Below are positions 38,531 through 48,025 of a DNA stretch of 64,000 nucleotides, piece by piece. Made by a program: the position numbers and the translations under genes. Origin of the DNA: Acetobacteraceae bacterium (GTDB lineage: Bacteria; Pseudomonadota; Alphaproteobacteria; Acetobacterales; Acetobacteraceae). Where the stretch lies: NCBI GenBank assembly GCA_027326105.1, contig DAHWFB010000114.1, positions 33,365 through 97,364 of the forward strand, given 5' to 3'. Each line of letters opens with the position of its first letter. The stretch's first letter is position 1. The notes beneath the pieces were generated by a model. That model saw only the letters and a program-made list of their open reading frames with translations, was not told the origin of the DNA and searched no databases.

Positions 38531-38570
38531 CAGAGCAGTTTTCGATCCAATTGGATCGGAAAGTGCTCTG
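38531..38570 (-). terminator. 40-bp near-perfect palindrome after pmbA (CAGAGCAGTTTTCGATCCAA|TTGGATCGGAAAGTGCTCTG)
   Basis: Eighteen of 20 arm positions pair Watson-Crick, with one further G-U. It starts 8 nt after the pmbA stop, and on the minus strand it is followed by UCCAUUUGAU. Confidence 0.45.
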
Positions 38571-38577
38571 GGAGATC

Positions 38578-39903
38578 TCAGGCGCCGGCGAGCGTCATCC
38601 CCTCGATGCGCAGCGTGGGCGCGTCGATGCCGTGGCGGAAGGCGAGATCGTCGGCCGGCGTGAGGTGGGCGAACATGTCGAGGAGATTGCCGGCGATGGT
38701 GATCTCGGCCACCGGCTCGGCGATGTCGCCGTTGCGGATGAGGAAGCCGGCCGCCCCCCGGCTGTAGTCCCCGGTGATCGGGTTGACGCCGGAGCCGATC
38801 AGTTCGGTGACGTAGAGACCCTCGCCGATGTCCGCCATCAGTGCCGCCGGAGAGAGCGCGCCGGGAGCGAGCCAGAGGTTGGCGGCGCTGGGACCGGGCG
38901 GGCCGCCGGGACGGCGGGCGGCGTTGCCGGTGGAGGCGAGGCCGAGGCGGCGGGCGCTGCGCCAATCGAGCAGCCAGCCCTGGAGCCGCCCGTCGGCCAC
39001 GAGCTCGCGGCGCGCGCCCGCCACGCCCTCGCCGTCGAACGGGCGCGAGCGCAGGCCGCGCGGGCGGTGGGGATCGTCGATCACCAGGACGCCGGGGGCG
39101 AAGATCCGCTGGCCGAGACGGTCCTTGAGGAAACTCGTGCCCTCGGCGACCGCTTCGCCCGAAATCGCCGCGGCGAGGTGGGAGAGAAGCGAGCGCGCGA
39201 CGCGCGGATCATAGACCACCGGCAGGCGGGCGGTTCTGGGCCGCGCGGGCGCGAGACGCGCGACTGCGCGGGTCCCGGCGCGCCGGCCGATGGCCTCCGG
39301 CGGGTCGAGATCGGCCTGGTGGGTGGTGGTGGCGTAGTCGTAGTCGCGCTGCATGCCCGTGCCCTCGCCGGCGATGGCGGTGGCGGCGCCGGAGTAGGCG
39401 GTGCGGACGTAGCTGGCGGCAAAGCCCGCGGAGGTGGCGAGCGTGATGCTGGCGCGGGAAAAGCCGGCGGAGACCGCATCGACCGCGGCCACGCCGGGGA
39501 CGGCGCGCGCTGCATCCTCGGCCGCCGCGGTCCAGGCGGCGAGCGCCTCGGTCGTCGGTTCGGCAGCGCAGACGAGATCGAGCCCGTCGCGCGGCGGCGG
39601 CGGCTCGGGGCCGAGGCCGGCGTCACGGTCCTCGGGTACCACGCGGGCCATGGCGAGCGCGCGTTCGGCGAGCCGGAGAAAGCCCGCGGGGTCGAGATCG
39701 GTCGCGCTGACGATGGCCGGGCGCGGGCCGGCGAAGACGCGCAGGCCGAGTTCGCGCGAGTCCGAGCGCTCGATCTCCTCGGTCCGGCCGGCGCGGCGTT
39801 GCAGACCGAGCGAGCCCGAGCGTACCAGCATGGCGTCCGCGGCATCCGCGCCGGCGGCGCGGGCGGCTTCCAGCAGGGCGGCGAGAAGCTCCGTATCGTT
39901 CAC
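38578..39903 (-). CDS. pmbA: Metalloprotease PmbA (TldE), TldD/PmbA family
   Basis: 441 aa. The C-terminal block ITGDYSRGAAGFLIRNGDIAEPVAEITIAGNLLDMF is nearly identical to E. coli PmbA. The GTG start forms a GTGA overlap with the upstream stop. Confidence 0.9.
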   Translation of the reverse strand: MNDTELLAALLEAARAAGADAADAMLVRSGSLGLQRRAGRTEEIERSDSRELGLRVFAGPRPAIVSATDLDPAGFLRLAERALAMARVVPEDRDAGLGPEPPPPRDGLDLVCAAEPTTEALAAWTAAAEDAARAVPGVAAVDAVSAGFSRASITLATSAGFAASYVRTAYSGAATAIAGEGTGMQRDYDYATTTHQADLDPPEAIGRRAGTRAVARLAPARPRTARLPVVYDPRVARSLLSHLAAAISGEAVAEGTSFLKDRLGQRIFAPGVLVIDDPHRPRGLRSRPFDGEGVAGARRELVADGRLQGWLLDWRSARRLGLASTGNAARRPGGPPGPSAANLWLAPGALSPAALMADIGEGLYVTELIGSGVNPITGDYSRGAAGFLIRNGDIAEPVAEITIAGNLLDMFAHLTPADDLAFRHGIDAPTLRIEGMTLAGA

Positions 39904-41180
39904 GCGGCGAGCCTTTCGGCGATCTCGGGCAGCGGCGCGACCCGCGCGGCGGGGCCGAGCAGGGCGAGCGTGGGCGGGGCGCGGAACACGCGGGCGGCGG
40001 CGGCGCGGATGTCGGCGGTGGTGACCGCCTCGATCTTCGCCACCATCTCGGCGGTGGAGAGCGGGCGGCCAAAGATGCGCAGGTGCTGGGCGAGCTGGCC
40101 GGAGCGGCTGCTGGCACTTTCGAGCGACATCAGGAGCCCGGCCTTGAAGCGGGCGCGGGCGCGGGCGAGTTCGGCCTCGCTCACCGCATCCTGGACCTTG
40201 CGCAACTCCTCGAGCGTGACGGGGATGAGTTCCTCGGCTTCGCTCTCCCCGGTGCCGGCGTAGATGCCGAACAGGCCGCCGTCGTTGTAGGGCATGGTGA
40301 AGGCGGAGATCGAATAGACCAGGCCGCGCTTCTCGCGGATTTCCTGGAACAGGCGCGAAGACATCCCGCCTCCGAGCACCGAGGAAAGGAGCGAGACCGC
40401 GTAGAGGTCGGGGTCGTCGTAGGCGACCGCGGGGAAGCCGAGGACGATATGGACCTGGTCGAGATCACGGGCCTCGCGGAACTCCCCGCCCCGGTAGCGG
40501 CCGGGCTCGATCGTCGGCGCCGGATGGTCGGGCAGGTCCGCGAAGTGGCGGGAGACGAGGTCGAGCACCGCCTCGTGCTCGAGGTTGCCGGCGGCGGCGA
40601 CGATGATCCGGTCGGGCGTGTAGTGGCGGGCCATGTAGCCGGTCAGCGTCTCGCGCGGCATGGCGCGGATGATCGCCTCGGTGCCGAGCACCGGCCGGCC
40701 CATCGGCTGGGAGGGGTAGGCGGTCTCCTGGAAATGGTCGAAGATGATGTCGTCGGGGGTATCGTTGGCGCGGCCGATCTCCTGGATGATGACGCCGCGC
40801 TCGCGCTCGATCTCCTCGGGGGTGAAGGCGGAGTGGCAGAGGATGTCGCCGATGATGTCCACCCCGAGCGGCAGATCCTCCTTGAGCAGCTTGACGTAGT
40901 AGGCGGTGTGCTCGCGGTCGGTGTACGCGTTGATACGACCGCCGACATCCTCGATCTCCTCGGCGATGGCGGCGGCGGAGCGCCGCGCGGTGCCCTTGAA
41001 GGCCATGTGTTCGAGGAAGTGGGAAACGCCGTTTTCCGCCGCAAGTTCGTTGCGGGTGCCGGTCGCGACATAGGCGCCGAAGGCGACCGTCTCCACCCGG
41101 TCCATGCGCTCGGAGGCGACGGTGAGGCCGGAGGGAAGGCGGGTCACGTGGATCGCGTCTTGGCTCGCGTCATCGGTCAT
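39900..41180 (-). CDS. M16 family (insulinase/MPP-like) zinc peptidase
   Basis: The internal ATG at 41180 follows AAGGA. The inverted zinc motif HFLEHMAFKGT is present and the product is about 426 aa. Confidence 0.9.
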   Translation of the reverse strand: MTDDASQDAIHVTRLPSGLTVASERMDRVETVAFGAYVATGTRNELAAENGVSHFLEHMAFKGTARRSAAAIAEEIEDVGGRINAYTDREHTAYYVKLLKEDLPLGVDIIGDILCHSAFTPEEIERERGVIIQEIGRANDTPDDIIFDHFQETAYPSQPMGRPVLGTEAIIRAMPRETLTGYMARHYTPDRIIVAAAGNLEHEAVLDLVSRHFADLPDHPAPTIEPGRYRGGEFREARDLDQVHIVLGFPAVAYDDPDLYAVSLLSSVLGGGMSSRLFQEIREKRGLVYSISAFTMPYNDGGLFGIYAGTGESEAEELIPVTLEELRKVQDAVSEAELARARARFKAGLLMSLESASSRSGQLAQHLRIFGRPLSTAEMVAKIEAVTTADIRAAAARVFRAPPTLALLGPAARVAPLPEIAERLAA

Positions 41181-41197
41181 CGGGTGGTCCTTTGCGG

Positions 41198-42601
41198 TCA
41201 GGCGGCGTGGGTGGCCGGGGCAGTGCTGCGGACCACCGCCTCGACGGCGGCGAGATCGGCGGGGACGTCGCGGCAACGCTCCTCCTTGTCATATAGGGAG
41301 GCGAGCCGCGGCGGCAGAGGGGGGACGAAGCCGAGGGCCTCGCGCATCGCGGCGGGGAATTTCGCGGGGTGCGCCGTCCCCATGGCGATCATCGGGACGC
41401 CCGGGAGCGCGTGGGCACGGCCGGCGGCGATGCCGATCGCGCTGTGCGGGTCGGCGACATAGCCGGACGCGGCGTGCAGCGCACGGATTTCGGCGGTGGT
41501 GGCGCGATCGTCGAGCGCGAGACCGACGAAGAGGCGGGTGATATCGCACCAGGCGGCGTCCGGCACCGTCATCCGGCCGCTGCGGCGGAAATCCCGCATC
41601 ATCGCCGCCGTGGTGTCCCCGTCGCGGCCGAGGCTTTCGAAGAGCAGGCGCTCGAAGTTGGAGCTGACCTGGATGTCCATCGAGGGCGAGAGCGAAGGTT
41701 CGACCGCGCGCACCGACATGTCCTTGCCGGCGAGGAAGCGGGTGAGGATGTCGTTGCGATTGGAGCCGACCGCGAGGCGAACGATGGGCAGGCCCATGCG
41801 CCCGGCCGCCCAGGCGGCGAAGACGTTGCCGAAATTGCCGGTGGGGACGGCGAAAGCGACCTCGCGGTCGGGCGCGCCGAGGGCGAGGGCGGTGGCGACG
41901 TAATAGGGGATCTGGGCGGCGATGCGGGCGAAATTGATGGAGTTGACCGCCGAGAGCGCCATTTCGGCGCGAAAGGGGGCATCCGCGAACATCGCCTTCA
42001 CCAGATCCTGGCAGTCGTCGAAGCTGCCTGCCACCGCGAGGTTGACGATGTTGGGGGCGAGCACCGTCGTCATCTGTCGCCGCTGCACTTCCGAGGTGCG
42101 GCCCTTGGGATGGAGCATGACCAGATGGATGCCGGGGCGGTCACGGCAGGCCTCGATCGCCGCCGAGCCGGTATCGCCCGAGGTGGCGCCAACGATGGTG
42201 ATGTGCTCCCCGCGCCGGGCCAGCGCCGCAGCGAAGAGCGGCCCGAGCAGCTGCATCGCCATATCCTTGAAGGCGAGCGTGGGGCCGTGGAAGAGCTCGG
42301 CGACGAAGAGCCCCGTTTCGAGCTGGACCAGCGGGCAGACCGCAGGATGGGCGAAGCCGGCATAGGCTTCGCGCAAGAGGGCGGCGAGCTCGGCCTCGGT
42401 GAAGGAACCGGCGGCGAAGGGAGCGATGACGCGGGCGGCAAGTTCGGGGTAGGCGAGAGCGCGCATCGCCCGCAGCTCGGCAGGCGAAAAGACCGGCCAG
42501 CTCTCCGGCAGGTAGAGACCACCATCCGGGGCGAGGCCGGCGAGCAGCACCTCGGCGAAGCCCGAGGCAGGTGCCTGGCCGCGAGTCGAGACATATCGCA
42601 T
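41198..42601 (-). CDS. thrC: Threonine synthase
   Basis: The internal ATG at 42601 gives MRYVSTRGQAP.... The PLP-lysine block HGPTLAFKDMAMQ is present and the product is 467 aa. Confidence 0.95.
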   Translation of the reverse strand: MRYVSTRGQAPASGFAEVLLAGLAPDGGLYLPESWPVFSPAELRAMRALAYPELAARVIAPFAAGSFTEAELAALLREAYAGFAHPAVCPLVQLETGLFVAELFHGPTLAFKDMAMQLLGPLFAAALARRGEHITIVGATSGDTGSAAIEACRDRPGIHLVMLHPKGRTSEVQRRQMTTVLAPNIVNLAVAGSFDDCQDLVKAMFADAPFRAEMALSAVNSINFARIAAQIPYYVATALALGAPDREVAFAVPTGNFGNVFAAWAAGRMGLPIVRLAVGSNRNDILTRFLAGKDMSVRAVEPSLSPSMDIQVSSNFERLLFESLGRDGDTTAAMMRDFRRSGRMTVPDAAWCDITRLFVGLALDDRATTAEIRALHAASGYVADPHSAIGIAAGRAHALPGVPMIAMGTAHPAKFPAAMREALGFVPPLPPRLASLYDKEERCRDVPADLAAVEAVVRSTAPATHAA

Positions 42602-42704
42602 GCCGGCAGAGCTAGCCCAGCGGCGCGTGCTTGGCGAGGGGTGCGTGAGGAGGCCCTTCCGCGCCGGCGCGGAAGTGTTCAGGATCGGAACTGGGAGGAC
42701 GGCG

Positions 42705-43733
42705 ATGACCGACGAGCCGCGGCAGGAGGCCCGGGCGCACCGGCCGGGTCTGCGCGAGGTGGCAGAGAGCGCGGGGGTGAGCCTCGCCACCGTCGACCGG
42801 GTGCTGAACGAGCGTGGCAGCGCTTCAGCCGAAACCGTGCAGCGGGTGATCGAGGCGGCGCGGCGGCTTGGGCTGCGCCGCACCCTCCCCCTCCCCTACC
42901 GGCGGACGCTGCGGCTCGAGGTGGTGATGGTGCGCTCGCGGACCTCGTTCTTCACCCGCTTCACCGAGGCGGTCTTGCAGGTCGCCGGCACGCTTGACCG
43001 CGGCGTGATCGTCGCGCGCACGCTGTTCGAGGAGCGGGAGACACGGCGGATGGCAGCGCGGATCGGCGCGAGCGAGGCCGACGGGCTGATCCTCTACGGT
43101 GGCGAACACCGCGAAATCGTGCAGGCGATCGCCGCCCGCCAGCGCCGCGGCCCGGTGGTCTGCGTGGTCACCGACCTGCCGAGCACGCCGCGCATCGCCT
43201 ATGTCGGAATCGACCACGCGCGGGCCGGCCGCACGGCGGGGCTGTTCGCCGCGCGCTTGAGCGGCGCGACGGGGGCGGCGGTCGTGTTGACCAACCGGCT
43301 GGTATTCCAGGCCCACCAAGCCCGGGTGGAAGGGTTTCGCGAAGGGCTGGCGCGGTACGCGCCCGGGATGAGGATTGCCGAAGTGCTGGAGGGGCACGAC
43401 GAGCAGGAACGGCTGGCCGCGCTCCTGCGCGCTGCGCTGCGGGGCGGGCGGGGAATTTCAGCGCTCTACAACACCGGCGGCTGGAACCGTGCGGTGGGAG
43501 CCGCGCTCGGGGAGGCCGGATTGGCGGGGCGGATCGTCTTCATCGGCCATGAATTGACCACCGCGGCGGCGGAACTGCTGCGCGCGGGAACGATGAGCCT
43601 CGCCATCGACCAGGCGCCCGAGTTGCAGGCGCGGCGGGCGATCGAGGTGCTGCTCAAGCACCTCGGCGCGCTGCCGCCGGACGCGGCGCCGAATGAGATT
43701 CCCTTCACGTTGCACTCGGCTGAGAATTGTTGA
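42705..43733 (+). CDS. LacI family transcriptional regulator
   Basis: The internal ATG at 42705 lies 5 nt after GGGAGGA. The helix-turn-helix is LREVAESAGVSLATVDRVLNERG, followed by a periplasmic-binding-protein-like core. Confidence 0.85.
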   Translation: MTDEPRQEARAHRPGLREVAESAGVSLATVDRVLNERGSASAETVQRVIEAARRLGLRRTLPLPYRRTLRLEVVMVRSRTSFFTRFTEAVLQVAGTLDRGVIVARTLFEERETRRMAARIGASEADGLILYGGEHREIVQAIAARQRRGPVVCVVTDLPSTPRIAYVGIDHARAGRTAGLFAARLSGATGAAVVLTNRLVFQAHQARVEGFREGLARYAPGMRIAEVLEGHDEQERLAALLRAALRGGRGISALYNTGGWNRAVGAALGEAGLAGRIVFIGHELTTAAAELLRAGTMSLAIDQAPELQARRAIEVLLKHLGALPPDAAPNEIPFTLHSAENC

Positions 43734-43823
43734 GCGGGCGGGGCACTCTGGCCATGTGCCGCGCGGCTGCTACAGTCGGGGAATCGACTGCCCGCACGCT
43801 CGCCACAGGGAGAACGCTTCACC

Positions 43824-45293
43824 ATGCCCGAGATCGTCTTCGCCAAACCTGCGCTCCCCAAGTCCGGCGGGCTCGCGCTGCTGCTCGCCGCCGACGAACC
43901 GCTCGCGGGGCTCGCCGCGGGCGTCGAGGAGGCGACGGGGGGCGCGCTCGGACGGGGGCTGGCGGCAGCGCGGTTCAAGGCCAAGAAGGGCGAGACGGTC
44001 ACCATCCTCGCCCCCGGGGCGGGGCTCGCGCGGGTCGTCGCCGTCGGGCTCGGCAAGCGTGACGCCCTGACGCCGCTCGTCCTCGAGGAGGCGGGCGGCC
44101 ACGCGCTCGGCGCCCTGCTGGGGGACGAGAAGGGGGCGATCGCCGCAGACGGGCTGGCGCCCAACCTCGCCGCGCACGTCGCTCTCGGCGCAAGCCTGCG
44201 CGCCTACCGCTTCGACCGCTACCGCACCACCGAAAAGGATGAGGACAAGCCGCGTCTGGCCACGCTCTGTGTCCTCGGCGAGGCGGTGAAGACCCGCAAC
44301 GCCTTCGCTCCCCTCAAGGCGATCGCCGACGGCGTGACGCTGACCCGCGACCTGGTGAGCGAGCCGCCCAACGTGCTCAATCCCGCCGAAATGGCGGAGC
44401 GCTGCCGCAAGCTCATCGATCTCGGGGTGAAGGTCGAGATCCTGGGACCGCGCGAACTGCGCAAGCTCGGCTTCGGGGCGCTGCTCGGGGTAGCGCAGGG
44501 CAGCGCCAACGAACCCCGCGTGGTGGTGATGCAGTGGCAGGGCGCGGGCGGGGCAAAGAGCCGCGCACCGCTCGCCTTCATCGGCAAGGGAGTGACGTTC
44601 GACACCGGCGGCATCAGCATCAAGCCCGCCGCCGGGATGGAGGACATGAAGTGGGACATGGCCGGCGCCGGCGCCGTGGTCGGGCTGATGGCGGCGCTTG
44701 CCGGGCGCCGCGCGAAGGTGGACGCGGTGGGCATCGTCGGGCTGGTCGAGAACATGCCCTCGGGCACCGCGCAGCGGCCGGGGGACGTGGTCAAATCGTA
44801 CTCCGGCCAGACCGTGGAAGTGCTCAACACTGACGCCGAGGGGCGCCTCGTACTCGCCGATCTGCTCTGGTACTGCCAGGAGAAATTCAACCCGGCCTTC
44901 ATGGTCGATCTGGCGACGCTGACCGGGGCGATCATCGTCAGTCTCGGGCACGAGCACGCCGGGCTGTTCAGCAACAACGAGGAACTCGCCGCACGGCTGC
45001 GCGAAGCGGGTGAGGCAACCGGGGAGAGCCTGTGGCGCATGCCGCTGGGCGAGGCGTACGACAAGCAGATCAAGTCCGACATCGCGGACATGAAGAACAT
45101 CGGCGGACGCGCGGGTGGCGCCATCACCGCGGCGCAGTTCCTCCAACGCTTCGTCAACGGCAAGCCCTGGGCGCATCTCGACATCGCCGGAACCGCCTGG
45201 GCCGACAAGGGCAAACCGACGACCCCGAAAGGCGCGACCGCGTTCGGCGTGCGCCTGCTGGACCATCTGGTCGCGACCCATCACGAGAGCTGA
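43824..45293 (+). CDS. pepA: Leucyl aminopeptidase (M17)
   Basis: 489 aa containing GKGVTFDTGGISIKP and NTDAEGRLVLAD, which are the M17 catalytic signatures. Confidence 0.95.
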   Translation: MPEIVFAKPALPKSGGLALLLAADEPLAGLAAGVEEATGGALGRGLAAARFKAKKGETVTILAPGAGLARVVAVGLGKRDALTPLVLEEAGGHALGALLGDEKGAIAADGLAPNLAAHVALGASLRAYRFDRYRTTEKDEDKPRLATLCVLGEAVKTRNAFAPLKAIADGVTLTRDLVSEPPNVLNPAEMAERCRKLIDLGVKVEILGPRELRKLGFGALLGVAQGSANEPRVVVMQWQGAGGAKSRAPLAFIGKGVTFDTGGISIKPAAGMEDMKWDMAGAGAVVGLMAALAGRRAKVDAVGIVGLVENMPSGTAQRPGDVVKSYSGQTVEVLNTDAEGRLVLADLLWYCQEKFNPAFMVDLATLTGAIIVSLGHEHAGLFSNNEELAARLREAGEATGESLWRMPLGEAYDKQIKSDIADMKNIGGRAGGAITAAQFLQRFVNGKPWAHLDIAGTAWADKGKPTTPKGATAFGVRLLDHLVATHHES

Positions 45294-45305
45294 GCCGGCG
45301 CGCGG

Positions 45306-46703
45306 GTGAGCGCACCCCGCGTCCGCGTCCACCACCACCCGCCCATGACCGGTGCGCTCACGGTGCCGGCCGAGAGGGCGGCGGATCTGCCGGCGCCGCT
45401 GCGCGCGGCCGCGAGCGCCGGACGCTTCCGCTTCGCCACCGGCGAGACGGTGGAAAGCCTGGCTTCCGGGCGGCGGATGGTGGCGGTGGGGCTGGGACAC
45501 GCGCCGGGGCCGAAGAGTTTGCGCGCGGCGGGGGCGGCAGCAGCAGCGGCTTTGCTCGGCGAGGATCGGGTCGTGCTCGACGCCCGCGCCCGCACGCCGA
45601 ACGAGGCGGCACTGTTCGCCGAAGGCGCGGTGCTCCGGGCATGGCGCCCGGACGGGTTGCGCGCCCGCCCCGACCCGGAGGCGCCGCGACTGTCGGCGAT
45701 CGACCTCGTCACCACGGATGCGGCACCGTGGCAAGTGCTGGCGCCGGCTCTGGAGGGTGCGTCCTTCGCCCGCGATCTGGTAGCGCTGCCGGCGAACCAC
45801 CTCACCCCTTCCCGGTTCGTCCATCGCCTCCGGCCGCTTGCGCGCCTCGGCATCGCCGTCGAGGTGCTGGCGGCGGACCGGCTGGCGGCGGAGGGGTTTG
45901 GGGGTCTGCTCGCGGTAGGTGGCGCCTCCGCCCATCCGCCGGCGCTCGTTCTGTTGCGCTGGGCCGGCGGGGGCGGCGCACCGGTCGCACTCGTCGGCAA
46001 GGGGATCACCTTCGACACCGGGGGCGTCTCGATCAAGCCGGCGGAAGGGATGTGGGAGATGCGGGCGGACATGGCAGGTGCCGCGGCCTGCGCCGGGGCG
46101 ATCCTGGCGCTCGCCCGCCGCCGCTCGAAGGTCGCGGCGGTCGCGGTGCTGGCGCTGGCCGAAAACGCGATCGGGGCGCGCGCCTATCGGCCGGGGGACG
46201 TGCTGCGTAGCTTCTCGGGGCGCACGGTCGAGGTGGTGGATACCGACGCGGAAGGGCGGCTGGTGCTCGCGGATGCGCTCTCCTACGCGGCGCGGCGATT
46301 GCGCCCCGCGGCGATGGTCGATCTCGCGACGCTCACCGGCAGCATCGTGCTGGCACTCGGCCACGAGCGGGCGGGGCTGTTCGCCGCCGACCCTGGCCTC
46401 GGCGCGGCGCTCGCGGGCGCCGGCGAAGCGGTGGGCGAGTTGGTGTGGCCGATGCCGATCGGGGAGCGGCATCGCGCCGATCTCGATTCCGCCATCGCCG
46501 ATCTGCGCCACTGCCTGCCCGGGCGGATGCAGCCGGACGCCTGCCACGCGGCCGCCTTCCTGCGCGAGTTCGCCGAAGGCGTGCCGTGGGCGCATCTCGA
46601 CATCGCCGGAGTGGAAAGCCGCGACGAGGCGGATGCGGCCCACGCCGCCGGCGCGACCGGGTTCGGGGTGCGGCTCCTCGACCGCTTCCTGACGCACGGC
46701 TGA
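45306..46703 (+). CDS. M17 family aminopeptidase paralogue
   Basis: 465 aa containing GKGITFDTGGVSIKP and DTDAEGRLVLADAL. The start is GTG 45306 or ATG 45345. Confidence 0.85.
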   Translation: MSAPRVRVHHHPPMTGALTVPAERAADLPAPLRAAASAGRFRFATGETVESLASGRRMVAVGLGHAPGPKSLRAAGAAAAAALLGEDRVVLDARARTPNEAALFAEGAVLRAWRPDGLRARPDPEAPRLSAIDLVTTDAAPWQVLAPALEGASFARDLVALPANHLTPSRFVHRLRPLARLGIAVEVLAADRLAAEGFGGLLAVGGASAHPPALVLLRWAGGGGAPVALVGKGITFDTGGVSIKPAEGMWEMRADMAGAAACAGAILALARRRSKVAAVAVLALAENAIGARAYRPGDVLRSFSGRTVEVVDTDAEGRLVLADALSYAARRLRPAAMVDLATLTGSIVLALGHERAGLFAADPGLGAALAGAGEAVGELVWPMPIGERHRADLDSAIADLRHCLPGRMQPDACHAAAFLREFAEGVPWAHLDIAGVESRDEADAAHAAGATGFGVRLLDRFLTHG

Positions 46704-46712
46704 GGTGGAAGC

Positions 46713-47795
46713 CTATTCGCCGGAGAGGGCGATCTCGCGCAGATGGTCGAGCGAGACCAGACGCCCGTCGCGCTCGATATGCCAGAAAATCCAGCCGTTG
46801 CAGGAGGGGGCGTGGGTCAGCGCCGCGCCGACCTTGTGGATCGAGCCGCGCTCGGCGCCCGAAACCAGGGTTCCGTCCGCAGCGACGGTGGCCGAGACCA
46901 GACGCTGGCGGTCATGGAGCAGGCTGCCAGCGGGGACGAGGCCGCGTTCGACGAGTTGGCCGAAGGGAATGCGCGGCTTCTCGCGCCGCGAGGGGGTAAC
47001 GGAGTGGCCATGCGCGCCGGCGGGCGTGACCGCGCGGACGCGGCCGATCGCCGCTTCCGCGTAGGCCGGGTGGCGCTCGATGCCGATGAAGTGCCGCCCC
47101 AGCCGCCGTGCCACCACTGCCGAAGTGCCGGTGCCGAGGAAGGGGTCGAGCACGATATCCTCGGGTGCGGTGGAGGCGAGAAGAACGCGGTGGAGCAGCG
47201 ATTCCGGCTTCTGGGTGGGGTGGAGCTTGAGCCCGTGGGCATTGCGCAGCCGCTCGGCGCCGGTGCACAGCGGCAGGAACCAGTCGCTGCGCATCTGGAT
47301 GTCGTCGTTGAGCGCTTTCATCGCCTGGTAGTTGAAGCGGTAGCGGGAATCCGGCCCGCGCGCTGCCCAGATCAGGGTTTCGTGGGCATTGGTGAAGCGG
47401 CGGCCGCGGAAATTGGGCATCGGGTTGGATTTGCGCCAGATCACGTCGTTCAGGATCCAGAAGCCGAGATCCTGGAGGATGGTGCCGATGCGGAAGATGT
47501 TGTGGTAGGCGCCGATGACCCAGAGCGTGCCATCCTTGCGCAGGAGGCGGCGGCATTCGGCGAGCCACTCGCGGGTGAACGCGTCGTAGGCGGCGAAGTC
47601 GGTGAAACGGTCCCACTCCTCGTCCACTCCATCGACCAGCGAATCGTCGGGGCGGCGGAGTTCGCCGCGCAATTGCAGGTTGTAGGGCGGATCGGCGAAG
47701 ACGCAGTGGACCGAGGCCGGGGGCAGCATGCGCATCATGCGCATGCAATCCCCGAGCAGGACCTGGTCCAGCGGCAGTTCGCGGATGATCTCCAC
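46713..47795 (-). CDS. ccrM: Cell-cycle-regulated N6-adenine DNA methyltransferase CcrM (GANTC-specific family)
   Basis: It aligns with Caulobacter CcrM along its whole length (FADPPYNLQL, WVIGAYHNIFRIG, WRKSNPMPNFRGRRFTNAHETLIWA, HPTQKPE, SIHKVGA...APSCNGW). GTG 47795 was chosen as the start. Confidence 0.9.
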   Translation of the reverse strand: MEIIRELPLDQVLLGDCMRMMRMLPPASVHCVFADPPYNLQLRGELRRPDDSLVDGVDEEWDRFTDFAAYDAFTREWLAECRRLLRKDGTLWVIGAYHNIFRIGTILQDLGFWILNDVIWRKSNPMPNFRGRRFTNAHETLIWAARGPDSRYRFNYQAMKALNDDIQMRSDWFLPLCTGAERLRNAHGLKLHPTQKPESLLHRVLLASTAPEDIVLDPFLGTGTSAVVARRLGRHFIGIERHPAYAEAAIGRVRAVTPAGAHGHSVTPSRREKPRIPFGQLVERGLVPAGSLLHDRQRLVSATVAADGTLVSGAERGSIHKVGAALTHAPSCNGWIFWHIERDGRLVSLDHLREIALSGE

Positions 47796-48025
47796 GTCTC
47801 TCCAACGGCGGGCGAGTCTCGGCGGAAACTTCGGAGCGGGATGGTCCGGGGCGCGCGACTCGGGAGGCGGATGGTGGCGGGGCCCGGCCGGCAAAGTCAA
47901 CCGGCTCTTGCGCCTTCCGCAGGGCGCGGGTGAGGGAAGTGCCGGCTCCGATCGCCGCGACTTGCACGCCCGGGCCGGTGCCCCATAGTGAACGCGATGG
48001 ACCCTCTGCCGCCCTGCGCCCACCG

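Noticed and set aside
43770-46697. 975-aa minus-strand ORF covering both M17 aminopeptidase genes
   Set aside because: It is antisense to two genes with intact catalytic signatures and has the same high-GC artefact composition.
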